NCBI RefSeq assembly: GCF_000354175.2
Contig: NC_022349.1
Coordinates: 1,620,001-1,652,000, forward strand
Reading direction: 5' to 3'
DNA from: Vibrio alginolyticus NBRC 15630 = ATCC 17749
Lineage (GTDB): Bacteria > Pseudomonadota > Gammaproteobacteria > Enterobacterales > Vibrionaceae
DNA length: 32,000 nucleotides
In this document: positions 24,218 to 32,000 of the stretch, in pieces
How positions within the stretch are numbered: position 1 is the stretch's first letter
How the letters are laid out: each line of letters opens with the position of its first letter
Notes under the pieces: generated by a model
The model's input: only the letters and a program-made list of their open reading frames with translations
What the model was told of the DNA's origin: nothing
Databases searched by the model: none
Program-made: the position numbers and the translations under genes

Positions 24218-26353
24218 TTACTCGTCTTTAGCAGCTGGTGCTTCAGCAGCAGCTTCTTCAGCTGGCTTTTCTACCGCTTCTTTCATGCTTAGACGTACAC
24301 GGCCTTGGCGGTCGATTTCAAGAACTTTAACTTGAACTTCTTGACCTTCAGCTAGGTAGTCAGACACTTTCTCTACGCGTTTTTCTGCGATTTGAGAAAT
24401 GTGTACAAGACCATCTTTGCCTGGAAGAACCGTTACGAATGCACCGAAGTCAGCTAGACGTGCAACTTTACCTGTGTAGATACGGCCCACTTCAACTTCA
24501 GCAGTGATCTCTTCGATACGGCGGATAGCTTCTTTCGCAGCAGTGCCTTCAGTTGCAGCAATCTTGATAGTACCGTCGTCTTCGATTTCGATAGTTGTAC
24601 CAGTCTCTTCAGTTAGAGCACGGATAACTGCACCACCTTTACCGATAACGTCTTTGATCTTCTCAGCGCTGATCTTCATCGTGTGAATACGCGGAGCAAA
24701 TTCAGAGATGTCTTCACGAGCACCAGAGATAGCTTCATCCATTACAGATAGAATGTGCTTACGTGCGCCTTGAGCTTGGTTAAGCGCAATTTGCATGATT
24801 TCTTTAGTGATGCCTTCGATCTTGATGTCCATTTGAAGTGCAGTGATACCAGTGTTAGTACCTGCTACTTTAAAGTCCATGTCACCTAGGTGGTCTTCAT
24901 CGCCAAGGATGTCAGAAAGTACAACGAAATCGTCACCTTCTTTAACAAGACCCATTGCGATACCAGCAACAGATGCTTTGATTGGTACACCTGCGTCCAT
25001 AAGTGCAAGAGAAGTACCACATACTGAAGCCATTGAAGATGAACCGTTAGATTCAGTGATTTCCGATACAACACGTACTGTGTATGGGAACTCATCAACA
25101 GAAGGCATTACTGCAGCAATACCACGCTTCGCCAGTTTACCGTGGCCGATTTCACGACGCTTAGGAGAACCTACAAAACCAGTTTCACCTACACAGTATG
25201 GAGGGAAGTTGTAGTGCAGTAGGAAGTGATCTTTACGCTCACCAGTTAGCTCATCGATGATTTGAGCATCACGCTGAGTACCTAGCGTTGCCGTAACGAT
25301 CGCCTGAGTTTCACCACGAGTGAATAGCGCGCTACCGTGAGTACGAGGAAGAACACCAGTACGTACATCTAGTGCACGAACCATGTCTTTTTCACGGCCA
25401 TCGATACGAGGGTTACCTGCAATAATACGGCTACGTACTACTGTCTTCTCTAGATCATGGAAGATAGTGTGGATTTCTTTTGTATCTGCTTCAGGATCTT
25501 CAGCAAGAAGAACTTCATTTACTTCCGCAGCGATCTCATGGATGCGGTCGTAACGAGCCATTTTCTCAGTAATTTGGTAAGCTTCAACAAGTTTAGCTTC
25601 TGCTAGATCAGCAATCTTATTTTTAAGCGCTGTGTTCTCTTCAGGAGCAACCCAATCCCAAGCAGGAGTTGCAACTTCTACTTTGAATTCGTTGATAGCT
25701 TGAATAGCAACTTGTTGTTGGTCATGACCATAAACAACCGCCGCTAGCATTTCTTCTTCAGTTAGGTTGTCCGCTTCTGACTCAACCATCAGTACTGCTG
25801 ACTCTGTACCTGCAACAACAAGGTCAAGCTTAGAAGTTTCTAGTTCAGTTTGGCTAGGGTTAAGTACAAGCTGACCATCGATATGACCAACACGCGCCGC
25901 ACCGATAGGGCCGTTGAATGGAATGCCAGAGATAGCAAGAGCAGCAGAAGTACCGATCATTGTAACGATATCTGGCTGAACATCTGGGTTTACAGACATT
26001 ACTGTCGCGATAACCTGAACTTCGTTTTTAAACGCGTCTGGGAATAGCGGACGGATTGGACGGTCGATTAGACGAGCTGTTAGCGTTTCGCCTTCAGAAG
26101 GACGACCTTCACGTTTGAAGAAGCCGCCTGGGATTTTACCCGCAGCGTAAGTACGCTCTTGGTAGTTAACCGTTAGTGGGAAGAAGTCTTGACCTGCAAC
26201 GGCTTCTTTTTTACCTACAACAGATACGAATACAGACGTATCATCCATTGTGACCATAACTGCTGCTGTAGCTTGACGTGCAATAACGCCAGTTTCTAAA
26301 GTAACTGTGTGGTTACCGTACTGGAACGTTTTAACAACTGGTTTTTCGAACAT
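24218..26353 (-). CDS. pnp: Polynucleotide phosphorylase
   Basis: 711 aa beginning [28 protein letters not shown]. It has two RNase PH-like domains, a KH domain ([17 protein letters not shown]) and an S1 domain ([18 protein letters not shown]). Confidence 0.98.
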   Translation of the reverse strand: MFEKPVVKTFQYGNHTVTLETGVIARQATAAVMVTMDDTSVFVSVVGKKEAVAGQDFFPLTVNYQERTYAAGKIPGGFFKREGRPSEGETLTARLIDRPIRPLFPDAFKNEVQVIATVMSVNPDVQPDIVTMIGTSAALAISGIPFNGPIGAARVGHIDGQLVLNPSQTELETSKLDLVVAGTESAVLMVESEADNLTEEEMLAAVVYGHDQQQVAIQAINEFKVEVATPAWDWVAPEENTALKNKIADLAEAKLVEAYQITEKMARYDRIHEIAAEVNEVLLAEDPEADTKEIHTIFHDLEKTVVRSRIIAGNPRIDGREKDMVRALDVRTGVLPRTHGSALFTRGETQAIVTATLGTQRDAQIIDELTGERKDHFLLHYNFPPYCVGETGFVGSPKRREIGHGKLAKRGIAAVMPSVDEFPYTVRVVSEITESNGSSSMASVCGTSLALMDAGVPIKASVAGIAMGLVKEGDDFVVLSDILGDEDHLGDMDFKVAGTNTGITALQMDIKIEGITKEIMQIALNQAQGARKHILSVMDEAISGAREDISEFAPRIHTMKISAEKIKDVIGKGGAVIRALTEETGTTIEIEDDGTIKIAATEGTAAKEAIRRIEEITAEVEVGRIYTGKVARLADFGAFVTVLPGKDGLVHISQIAEKRVEKVSDYLAEGQEVQVKVLEIDRQGRVRLSMKEAVEKPAEEAAAEAPAAKDE

Positions 26354-26416
26354 TGTTATTCCTTGTTTCTAATCTTCCTTTAGTGCTTAAAGAAATCTTA
26401 GATGTGTTAATTGACA

Positions 26417-26516
26417 CTCAAGGCATTACGAATCGCGACTAGTAAAAAGAAACTCGGAAATTCCTTTTGAATAGTCGCGACCTTTTGGTCGACGTGGTTG
26501 ACTGTAATGCTATGAG
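26417..26516 (-). promoter_or_regulatory. Long imperfect hairpin in the pnp leader (candidate RNase III autoregulatory stem)
   Basis: The outer arms CTCAAGGCATTAC (26417-26429) and GTAATGCTATGAG (26504-26516) pair at 11 of 13 positions. The inner arms TCGCGACTA (26433-26441) and TAGTCGCGA (26472-26480) pair perfectly. The structure lies between the predicted pnp promoter and the pnp RBS. Confidence 0.5.
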
Positions 26517-26553
26517 CTTTTGAGAAAACCTCTTACAAGGTTTAGCCGCCAGT

Positions 26554-26583
26554 ATTATAACGGCATAAGTCTAATTTGGCTAA
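26554..26583 (-). promoter_or_regulatory. Candidate pnp-proximal promoter
   Basis: Minus strand: -10 TATAAT (complement of 26554-26559), 18-bp spacer, -35 TTAGCC (complement of 26578-26583). It lies just downstream of the rpsO terminator. Confidence 0.45.
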
Positions 26584-26593
26584 ATTTAGGCAA

Positions 26594-26620
26594 CAAAAAA
26601 GGGGCATAAAGCCCCTTTTT
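26594..26620 (-). terminator. Rho-independent terminator of rpsO
   Basis: Minus strand: AAAAAGGGGC, loop uuuau, GCCCCUUUUUUG. It lies 26 nt after the rpsO stop. Confidence 0.8.
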
Positions 26621-26645
26621 AGACAAACTGCTATGCAGTCGCTGA

Positions 26646-26915
26646 TTAGCGACGTAGGCCTAGACGTTTGATTAGGTCTTGGTAGCGAGCTAGGTTTTTA
26701 CCTTTTAGGTAATCTAGAAGCTTACGACGACGAGAAACCATGCGTAGAAGACCACGACGGCTGTGGTGATCGCCTTTGTGCGCTTTGAAGTGACCTTGTA
26801 GGTGGTTGATAGAAGCTGTAAGTAGAGCTACTTGAACTTCTGGTGAACCAGTGTCGCCTTCGCCTTGTGCGTATTCTGCAACGATTGCTGCTTTAGTTTC
26901 TGCATTCAGAGACAT
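26646..26915 (-). CDS. rpsO: 30S ribosomal protein S15
   Basis: 89 aa beginning [34 protein letters not shown] and ending [22 protein letters not shown]. This is a canonical S15 sequence. Confidence 0.98.
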   Translation of the reverse strand: MSLNAETKAAIVAEYAQGEGDTGSPEVQVALLTASINHLQGHFKAHKGDHHSRRGLLRMVSRRRKLLDYLKGKNLARYQDLIKRLGLRR

Positions 26916-26988
26916 AATTCTCTCCTAATAAGAGTAGGTTTAAAGTTGTAGCAGCCAATCTCTGATTCAGCCGCTACGCGAAGCGCGG

Positions 26989-27017
26989 ATTATAGGGAAA
27001 TTTCCTATCTCGTGCAA
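26989..27017 (-). promoter_or_regulatory. rpsO promoter
   Basis: Minus strand: TTGCAC (complement of 27012-27017), 17 bp, TATAAT (complement of 26989-26994). A short GC hairpin (CGC-GAA-GCG region, about 26971-26988) follows in the leader. Confidence 0.65.
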
Positions 27018-27021
27018 TATA

Positions 27022-27049
27022 AAAATACCGACACTCAGGTCGGTATTTT
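27022..27049 (-). terminator. Rho-independent terminator of truB
   Basis: Minus strand: AAAATACCGAC, loop cugagu, GUCGGUAUUUUUAUAUU. It starts 8 nt after the truB stop. Confidence 0.8.
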
Positions 27050-27056
27050 CAATCAT

Positions 27057-28010
27057 TTACTTGGATGCAACGTCATCTCGGAACACGACCAATCGCTTAG
27101 GAGCGATTTTGCCATCTTCGTTCATTTCGCCAACGCCAATAAACAAGCGTTCTTCACCCATAGTAAGGCGAAGTGAGCCCTCTGTCGGAGCACCAAATAC
27201 TTGAACGGGCTGCCCATGTTGGACCATATCCGCCAGTTCAGGCACCAAGTTGACTTCTGGTAAGTCTTCTACCGCTGTATCCATTGGCAAAAGCAGTGGG
27301 TCCAGTAGTTCTCGAGGCGCTCGTTCCTCGCGGTGAGCTTGCTCTAGCAACTCATTTAGTTGCTCAAGTGTTACCATATTCTCGTAAGGGTATTTAGCCA
27401 CACCAGTACGACGAAGCATAGTTACGTGCGCACCACAACCTAACATTTCGCCCAGATCATCAACGATAGTACGAATATAGGTACCTTTAGAGCAGTGCAC
27501 TTCCATCTCTACTTCATCGCCTTCAAAACGGTGAAGAACAATCTCATATACCGTGATCTTACGAGATTCACGCGGAACTTCGATGCCTTTACGAGCGTAT
27601 TCATACAAGGGTTTACCTTGATACTTCAACGCAGAGAACATGGAAGGCACTTGATCAGATTCACCACGGAACTGATCGATGCACGCTTCTAGCTTGTCTA
27701 ACGTAACATCGACTGGACGCGTCTCTACAACTTCACCATCCGAGTCAGACGTATTGGTACGTTCACCCAGCTTTGCGATCACGCGGTAGCGTTTATCAGA
27801 ATCAAGAAGAAACTGAGAAAATTTTGTCGCTTCACCCAAGCAAATTGGCAGCATGCCTGTCGCTAATGGGTCCAAGGCTCCAGTGTGGCCTGCTTTCTCG
27901 GCAAAGTAGATTCGCTTTACTTTTTGCAGTGCATCATTGGAAGAGATACCTGTTGGTTTGTCCAACAGTATAACGCCATTAATTGGACGACCTTTACGAC
28001 GACGAGCCAT
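27057..28010 (-). CDS. truB: tRNA pseudouridine-55 synthase
   Basis: 317 aa. [22 protein letters not shown] and [25 protein letters not shown] (catalytic Asp motif). Its ATG overlaps the rbfA stop by 1 nt (TAATG). Confidence 0.97.
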   Translation of the reverse strand: MARRRKGRPINGVILLDKPTGISSNDALQKVKRIYFAEKAGHTGALDPLATGMLPICLGEATKFSQFLLDSDKRYRVIAKLGERTNTSDSDGEVVETRPVDVTLDKLEACIDQFRGESDQVPSMFSALKYQGKPLYEYARKGIEVPRESRKITVYEIVLHRFEGDEVEMEVHCSKGTYIRTIVDDLGEMLGCGAHVTMLRRTGVAKYPYENMVTLEQLNELLEQAHREERAPRELLDPLLLPMDTAVEDLPEVNLVPELADMVQHGQPVQVFGAPTEGSLRLTMGEERLFIGVGEMNEDGKIAPKRLVVFRDDVASK

Positions 28011-28405
28011 TATTCTTCGTCCTCACGACCAGAATCTTTTTGCTTTTGTTTGTCTGAACTAACGACTTCAGACACTAGGTTAGACATACGCATACCTTCA
28101 ACAAGCGTATTGTCATAGTGGAAGCGGATTTCTGGCGTTAAACGTAGACGAATACGCTTACCTAACATCATGCGAATGTGCACTTCGTGCTCACGTAGCG
28201 CTGCTAGACATGATTCAGGTGTTTGCTCACCCACACATAGGAAGGTCACAAATACTTTTGCGTAAGCTAGGTCACGAGAGACTTCTACGTCTGAGATCGT
28301 CACCATGCCAAGGCGAGAGTCACGAACTTCACGTTGAAGGATCATCGCTAGTTCTTTTTGCAGCTGCTGTGCAACGCGCTGCGTGCGGCTAAATTCTTTT
28401 GACAT
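28010..28405 (-). CDS. rbfA: Ribosome-binding factor A
   Basis: The ORF is open to 28444. The conserved RbfA N-terminus [29 protein letters not shown] starts at the ATG (complement of 28403-28405), giving 131 aa. Confidence 0.93.
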   Translation of the reverse strand: MSKEFSRTQRVAQQLQKELAMILQREVRDSRLGMVTISDVEVSRDLAYAKVFVTFLCVGEQTPESCLAALREHEVHIRMMLGKRIRLRLTPEIRFHYDNTLVEGMRMSNLVSEVVSSDKQKQKDSGREDEE

Positions 28406-28430
28406 ATCTTTACTCTTATATAGAAAGAAT

Positions 28431-28456
28431 GGGGGGTTGGTCAAAGCCAGCCCCCC
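28431..28456 (-). other. GC-rich hairpin between infB and rbfA (possible attenuator or processing site)
   Basis: GGGGGGTTGG (28431-28440) pairs with CCAGCCCCCC (28447-28456) through a 6-nt loop. On the mRNA strand there is one C-A mismatch and a weak U-rich tail (AUUCUUUCUAU). Confidence 0.4.
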
Positions 28457-28519
28457 ATGGTGTATTCAACAACCAATTACTACTTATCTTTCAAAGACAA
28501 TATTAGTAATTTTAGTCAA

Positions 28520-31207
28520 TTAGTCTAGAGTACGTTTAATTTCAACGATTTCGAAGACTTCGATTTGGTCACCAACGCGAACATCATTGTAGTTCTTAAC
28601 GCCGATACCACATTCGTAGCCATTCTTAACTTCTTGAACGTCATCTTTGAAACGACGCAGTGACTCTAGTTCACCTTCGTAAATAACAACGTTATCACGT
28701 AGTACACGGATTGGGTTGTTACGCTTGATCACACCTTCTGTAACCATACAACCAGCGATAGCGCCCAGTTTCGGTGACTTAAACACGTCACGAACTTCAG
28801 CAAGACCAATGATCTCTTGCTTGAATTCTGGAGCAAGCATACCGCCCATTGCTTGTTTCACTTCGTCAATCAATTGGTAAATGATTGAGTAGTAACGTAA
28901 GTCAACAGCTGCGGCTTCAACAGCACGACGAGCAGAAGCATCTGCACGAACGTTAAAGCCAAGGATGATTGCGTTTGAAGCTTCCGCTAGTACTACGTCA
29001 GTTTCCGTAATACCACCAACACCAGAACCAACGATGTTCACTTTAACTTCGTCAGTAGATAGCTTAACTAGTGAGTCTGCGATTGCTTCTACAGAACCTT
29101 GAACGTCTGCTTTAAGTACAACGTTAAGTTCAGCAACTTCACCAGCAGTCATGTTAGAGAACATGTTCTCTAGTTTAGATTTCTGCTGACGAGCAAGTTT
29201 CACTTCACGGAACTTACCAGCACGGTAGTTAGCTACTTCACGCGCTTTACGCTCGTCACGAACTACTGTTGCTTCATCACCTGAAGATGGTACACCTGAA
29301 AGACCTAGGATCTCTACAGGGATAGATGGGCCAGCCGAAGTAATTTCTTTACCTAGCTCATCACGCATTGCACGAACACGGCCGTATTCTTGACCACAAA
29401 GAACGATGTCGCCTTTGTTTAGTGTACCTGATTGAACAAGTACTGTTGCAACTGGACCACGACCTTTATCTAGGCGAGATTCAACAACAACACCAGATGC
29501 CATGCCTTCAGCTACAGCTGTAAGTTCAAGAACTTCAGACTGAAGAAGGATTGCTTCTAGAAGACCATCGATGTTTGTACCCTGTTTAGCAGAGATGTGA
29601 ACGAACATGTTCTCACCGCCCCACTCTTCAGGAATAACGTCGTATTGAGCAAGCTCGTTCTTAACGTTATCTGGGTTCGCGTCTTCTTTATCGATCTTGT
29701 TCACAGCAACAATTAGAGGAACGCCTGCCGCTTTCGCGTGCTGAATCGCTTCTACTGTTTGTGGCATTACGCCATCGTCTGCTGCAACTACAAGAACAAC
29801 GATATCTGTCGCTTGAGCACCACGAGCACGCATTGCAGTAAACGCTGCGTGTCCAGGAGTATCAAGGAACGTGATCATGCCGTTGTCTGTTTCAACGTGG
29901 TACGCACCAATGTGCTGAGTAATACCACCCGCTTCGCCAGAAGCAACGTGTGTGCGACGGATGTAGTCAAGTGTTGACGTTTTACCGTGGTCAACGTGAC
30001 CCATGATAGTAACAACTGGAGCACGTGGAACTGCTTCCGCGTTAGTGTCACGGTCAGATAGTACCGCTTCTTCCAGTTCGTTCTCTTTACGAAGAACTAC
30101 TTTATGGCCCATTTCTTCAGCAACAAGTTGTGCTGTTTCTTGGTCGATCACTTGGTTGATAGTCGCCATAGCGCCCATCTTCATCATTACTTTGATAACT
30201 TCTGTCGCTTTAACCGACATCTTGTTAGCAAGTTCTGATAGAACGATCGTTTCGCCAATTACAACGTCTTGCTTAGCAACCGTTGCTGACTTATCAAACC
30301 CGTGCTGCATTGAAGTCGGCTTAGCAAGTTTGCCCTTACGACCTCTACCGCCACGTTGGTTGTTACGGCCACCGCGAGCTTGGTCGTCTTTACCCGAAGC
30401 TGCTTTTTTCTTCTTACGACGACCGCCTTCTACTTTGCGATCTGCTTCATCTTCGGCTTCACGTGCGTATTGTGAAGTCGTTACATGGTAATCTGTATCT
30501 TCCATATCACCCTTTTTCTCTTCTGCAGCAGACCAACGCTCTTTATTCTTTTCAGCCAATTCGCGAGCTTCTTCAAGCTTGCGCTGACTTTCCTCTTCAG
30601 CCTTACGCTTAGCTTCTTCTTCCTGACGACGTTTAAGCTCGTCGGCCTCTTTTCGCGCTGCTTCTTGCTTAATTTTCTCTTCAGCATCACGCTTTGCTTT
30701 TTCTTCAGCATTACGTTGTGCATTCGTATCTACGTCTCGCTTCGCTTTTTCTTCCGCTTCACGTTTTGCAGCTTCTTCAGCTTCACGTTTCGCAGCTTCT
30801 TCAGCTTCACGTTTTGCAGCTTCTTCTGCTGCACGTTTTGCTGCTTCTTCTGCTTCACGTTGTGCTGCTTCTTCAGCTTCACGTTTCGCTTCATCTTCAA
30901 TTGTGCTGCGCTTCACGTATGTACGTTTTTTGCGCACCTCAACCTGAACATTCTTACTCTTACCACCACCCGCGTTCACACTAAGTGTACTACGAGTTTT
31001 ACGCTGAAGCGTAAGGCGAGTCGGCTCTGAATCACCTGATTTATCACCGTGTTCTTTCTTTAAATGAGAGAGAAGCTTCTGCTTCTCTTCATCAGTAACA
31101 TTGTCAGAGCTCGCCTTTTTAATGCCAGCGTCAGCAAGTTGTTCAATCAAGCGGTCGACTGGCGTACCAATCTCATCACTCAGTGCTTTAACTGTTAATT
31201 GTGTCAT
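28520..31207 (-). CDS. infB: Translation initiation factor IF-2
   Basis: 895 aa with a strong SD (AAGGAGGAAG). GTPase motifs: [18 protein letters not shown]. There is a long charged E/A/K/R-rich N-terminal region, and the gene is in the nusA-infB-rbfA order. Confidence 0.98.
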   Translation of the reverse strand: MTQLTVKALSDEIGTPVDRLIEQLADAGIKKASSDNVTDEEKQKLLSHLKKEHGDKSGDSEPTRLTLQRKTRSTLSVNAGGGKSKNVQVEVRKKRTYVKRSTIEDEAKREAEEAAQREAEEAAKRAAEEAAKREAEEAAKREAEEAAKREAEEKAKRDVDTNAQRNAEEKAKRDAEEKIKQEAARKEADELKRRQEEEAKRKAEEESQRKLEEARELAEKNKERWSAAEEKKGDMEDTDYHVTTSQYAREAEDEADRKVEGGRRKKKKAASGKDDQARGGRNNQRGGRGRKGKLAKPTSMQHGFDKSATVAKQDVVIGETIVLSELANKMSVKATEVIKVMMKMGAMATINQVIDQETAQLVAEEMGHKVVLRKENELEEAVLSDRDTNAEAVPRAPVVTIMGHVDHGKTSTLDYIRRTHVASGEAGGITQHIGAYHVETDNGMITFLDTPGHAAFTAMRARGAQATDIVVLVVAADDGVMPQTVEAIQHAKAAGVPLIVAVNKIDKEDANPDNVKNELAQYDVIPEEWGGENMFVHISAKQGTNIDGLLEAILLQSEVLELTAVAEGMASGVVVESRLDKGRGPVATVLVQSGTLNKGDIVLCGQEYGRVRAMRDELGKEITSAGPSIPVEILGLSGVPSSGDEATVVRDERKAREVANYRAGKFREVKLARQQKSKLENMFSNMTAGEVAELNVVLKADVQGSVEAIADSLVKLSTDEVKVNIVGSGVGGITETDVVLAEASNAIILGFNVRADASARRAVEAAAVDLRYYSIIYQLIDEVKQAMGGMLAPEFKQEIIGLAEVRDVFKSPKLGAIAGCMVTEGVIKRNNPIRVLRDNVVIYEGELESLRRFKDDVQEVKNGYECGIGVKNYNDVRVGDQIEVFEIVEIKRTLD
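30757..30900 (-). repeat. In-frame 24-bp tandem repeat (about 6 copies) inside infB
   Basis: The unit CTTCACGTTTTGCAGCTTCTTCAG recurs at 30757, 30781, 30805, 30829, 30853 and 30877, each copy with 1-6 substitutions. More degenerate copies extend to about 30680. It encodes (AKREAEEA)n. Confidence 0.85.
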
Positions 31208-31229
31208 GCCGCTTCCTCCTTGCCGAAAA

Positions 31230-32000
31230 TTATGCTTCTTCGCCGAACCAACAGATGTTACGTGCGGCCATAATTAGCTCACCTGCACGTTCTTCGGTCA
31301 GGCCTTCGATACCTTCTAAATCGTCAATACCTTGGTCAGCAAGATCTTCCAGTGTCGCTACACCTTTCGCTGCCAATTTAAATGCCATCTCACGCTCAAG
31401 ACCTTCAAGTGCAAGTAGGTCCTCAGCTGGTTCTAGACCTTCAAAAGACTCTTCTTGTGCTAGTGCGATCGTCGTTAGTGCATCTTTTGCACGTCCACGA
31501 AGCTCTTCGATTAGTTCTTCATTCAAACCATCGATTTCTAGTAGCTCGTTAACTGGCACGTATGCGATTTCTTCTAGCGTTGAGAAACCTTCTTCAACAA
31601 GAAGTTGAGCGAAGTCTTCTTCAATATCTAGGTACTTCATGAAGTTTTCAATAGATGCTTGTGATTCTTCAGCGTGTTTCTTCTGAAGATCAGCAACTGT
31701 CATAACATTCAGTTCCCAACCGGTTAGTTGAGATGCTAGACGCACGTTTTGACCGTTACGACCAATAGCTTGCGCTAGGTTGTCAGCTTCAACTGCGATG
31801 TCCATTGAGTGTGCATCCTCATCAACGATGATAGAAGCAACATCAGCTGGCGCCATTGCGTTGATAACGAATTGAGCTGGGTTATCATCCCAAAGAACGA
31901 TATCGATACGCTCACCACCAAGTTCGCCAGAAACAGCTTGTACACGTGCACCACGCATACCAACACACGCACCTACAGGGTCGATACGTTTGTCATTTGT
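31230..32000 (-). CDS. nusA: Transcription termination/antitermination factor NusA, C-terminal part (5' end beyond the right window edge)
   Basis: The frame stays open to the window end. The ORF-track Met at 31958 is internal. A KH-domain block ([38 protein letters not shown]) and acidic C-terminal HhH repeats are present. It lies 22 nt upstream of infB. Confidence 0.95.
   Translation of the reverse strand, partial: TNDKRIDPVGACVGMRGARVQAVSGELGGERIDIVLWDDNPAQFVINAMAPADVASIIVDEDAHSMDIAVEADNLAQAIGRNGQNVRLASQLTGWELNVMTVADLQKKHAEESQASIENFMKYLDIEEDFAQLLVEEGFSTLEEIAYVPVNELLEIDGLNEELIEELRGRAKDALTTIALAQEESFEGLEPAEDLLALEGLEREMAFKLAAKGVATLEDLADQGIDDLEGIEGLTEERAGELIMAARNICWFGEEA

Noticed and set aside
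28406-28444. 13-codon N-terminal extension of rbfA
   Set aside because: The conserved RbfA N-terminus starts at [10 protein letters not shown]. The extension runs into the GC-rich infB-rbfA hairpin.
30757-30900. Regular 24-bp periodicity considered as a possible CRISPR-like or intergenic repeat array
   Set aside because: The units are contiguous with no spacers, lie in-frame inside infB, and translate to a sensible charged heptad/octad-like repeat. This is a coding tandem repeat, not a CRISPR array.
30003-31030. Several plus-strand ORFs (162, 181 and 96 aa) rich in F/L/S/C
   Set aside because: They are antisense to infB. Their low-complexity sequences are simply the reverse-complement reading of the E/A/K/R repeat region.
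31201-31608. 135-aa Ser-rich plus-strand ORF
   Set aside because: It is antisense to the acidic C-terminal region of nusA, so it is a compositional artefact.
1-32000. Search for mobile elements, defence systems, toxin-antitoxin pairs, integron or attC-like repeats, and tRNA/rRNA genes
   Set aside because: I recognised no transposase, integrase, restriction, Cas, abortive-infection or toxin-like ORF. I saw no long inverted or direct terminal repeats and no tRNA-like sequence. Every sizeable ORF is accounted for by a housekeeping or well-known family.

Overview
This window reads as a conserved core-chromosome segment of a Vibrio-like gammaproteobacterium. The protein sequences and gene order match two E. 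coli K-12 neighbourhoods (the holD..radA region and the yhbS..nusA region) joined end to end. I support 28 protein-coding genes plus one tentative 65-aa ORF, mostly on the minus strand, and two genes are cut by the window edges. In order: radA (partial), a 782-aa protein with two PilZ domains, serB, ytjB, deoD-deoB-deoA-deoC, nupC, yjjV (TatD family) with the small overlapping upstream ORF, prfC, rimI-holD, a secreted DUF2541-like protein, yhbS-ubiT, a PAS-PAS-GGDEF-EAL protein, ubiU-ubiV, a MATE pump with a MarR regulator, and nlpI-pnp-rpsO-truB-rbfA-infB-nusA (partial). I saw no rRNA, tRNA, CRISPR array, transposase, integrase or phage gene. I see no convincing evidence for a defence island or an entirely new multi-gene system here. 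The more interesting material is regulatory and architectural. (1) A c-di-GMP enzyme is wedged into the divergent ubiT|ubiUV (O2-independent ubiquinone) junction, and ubiT has an FNR-like box upstream. (2) The double-PilZ protein is large and mostly lacks motifs I recognise. (3) Three copies of a 15-bp palindrome decorate the MarR/MATE pair. (4) The nupC promoter has tandem CRP sites at predicted -41.5 and -93.5, the classical CytR/CRP layout. (5) infB carries an in-frame 24-bp tandem repeat. (6) A small ORF appears translationally coupled to yjjV. All coordinates for motifs and hairpins were counted by eye. All family assignments come from remembered homologues and motifs, not from searches.
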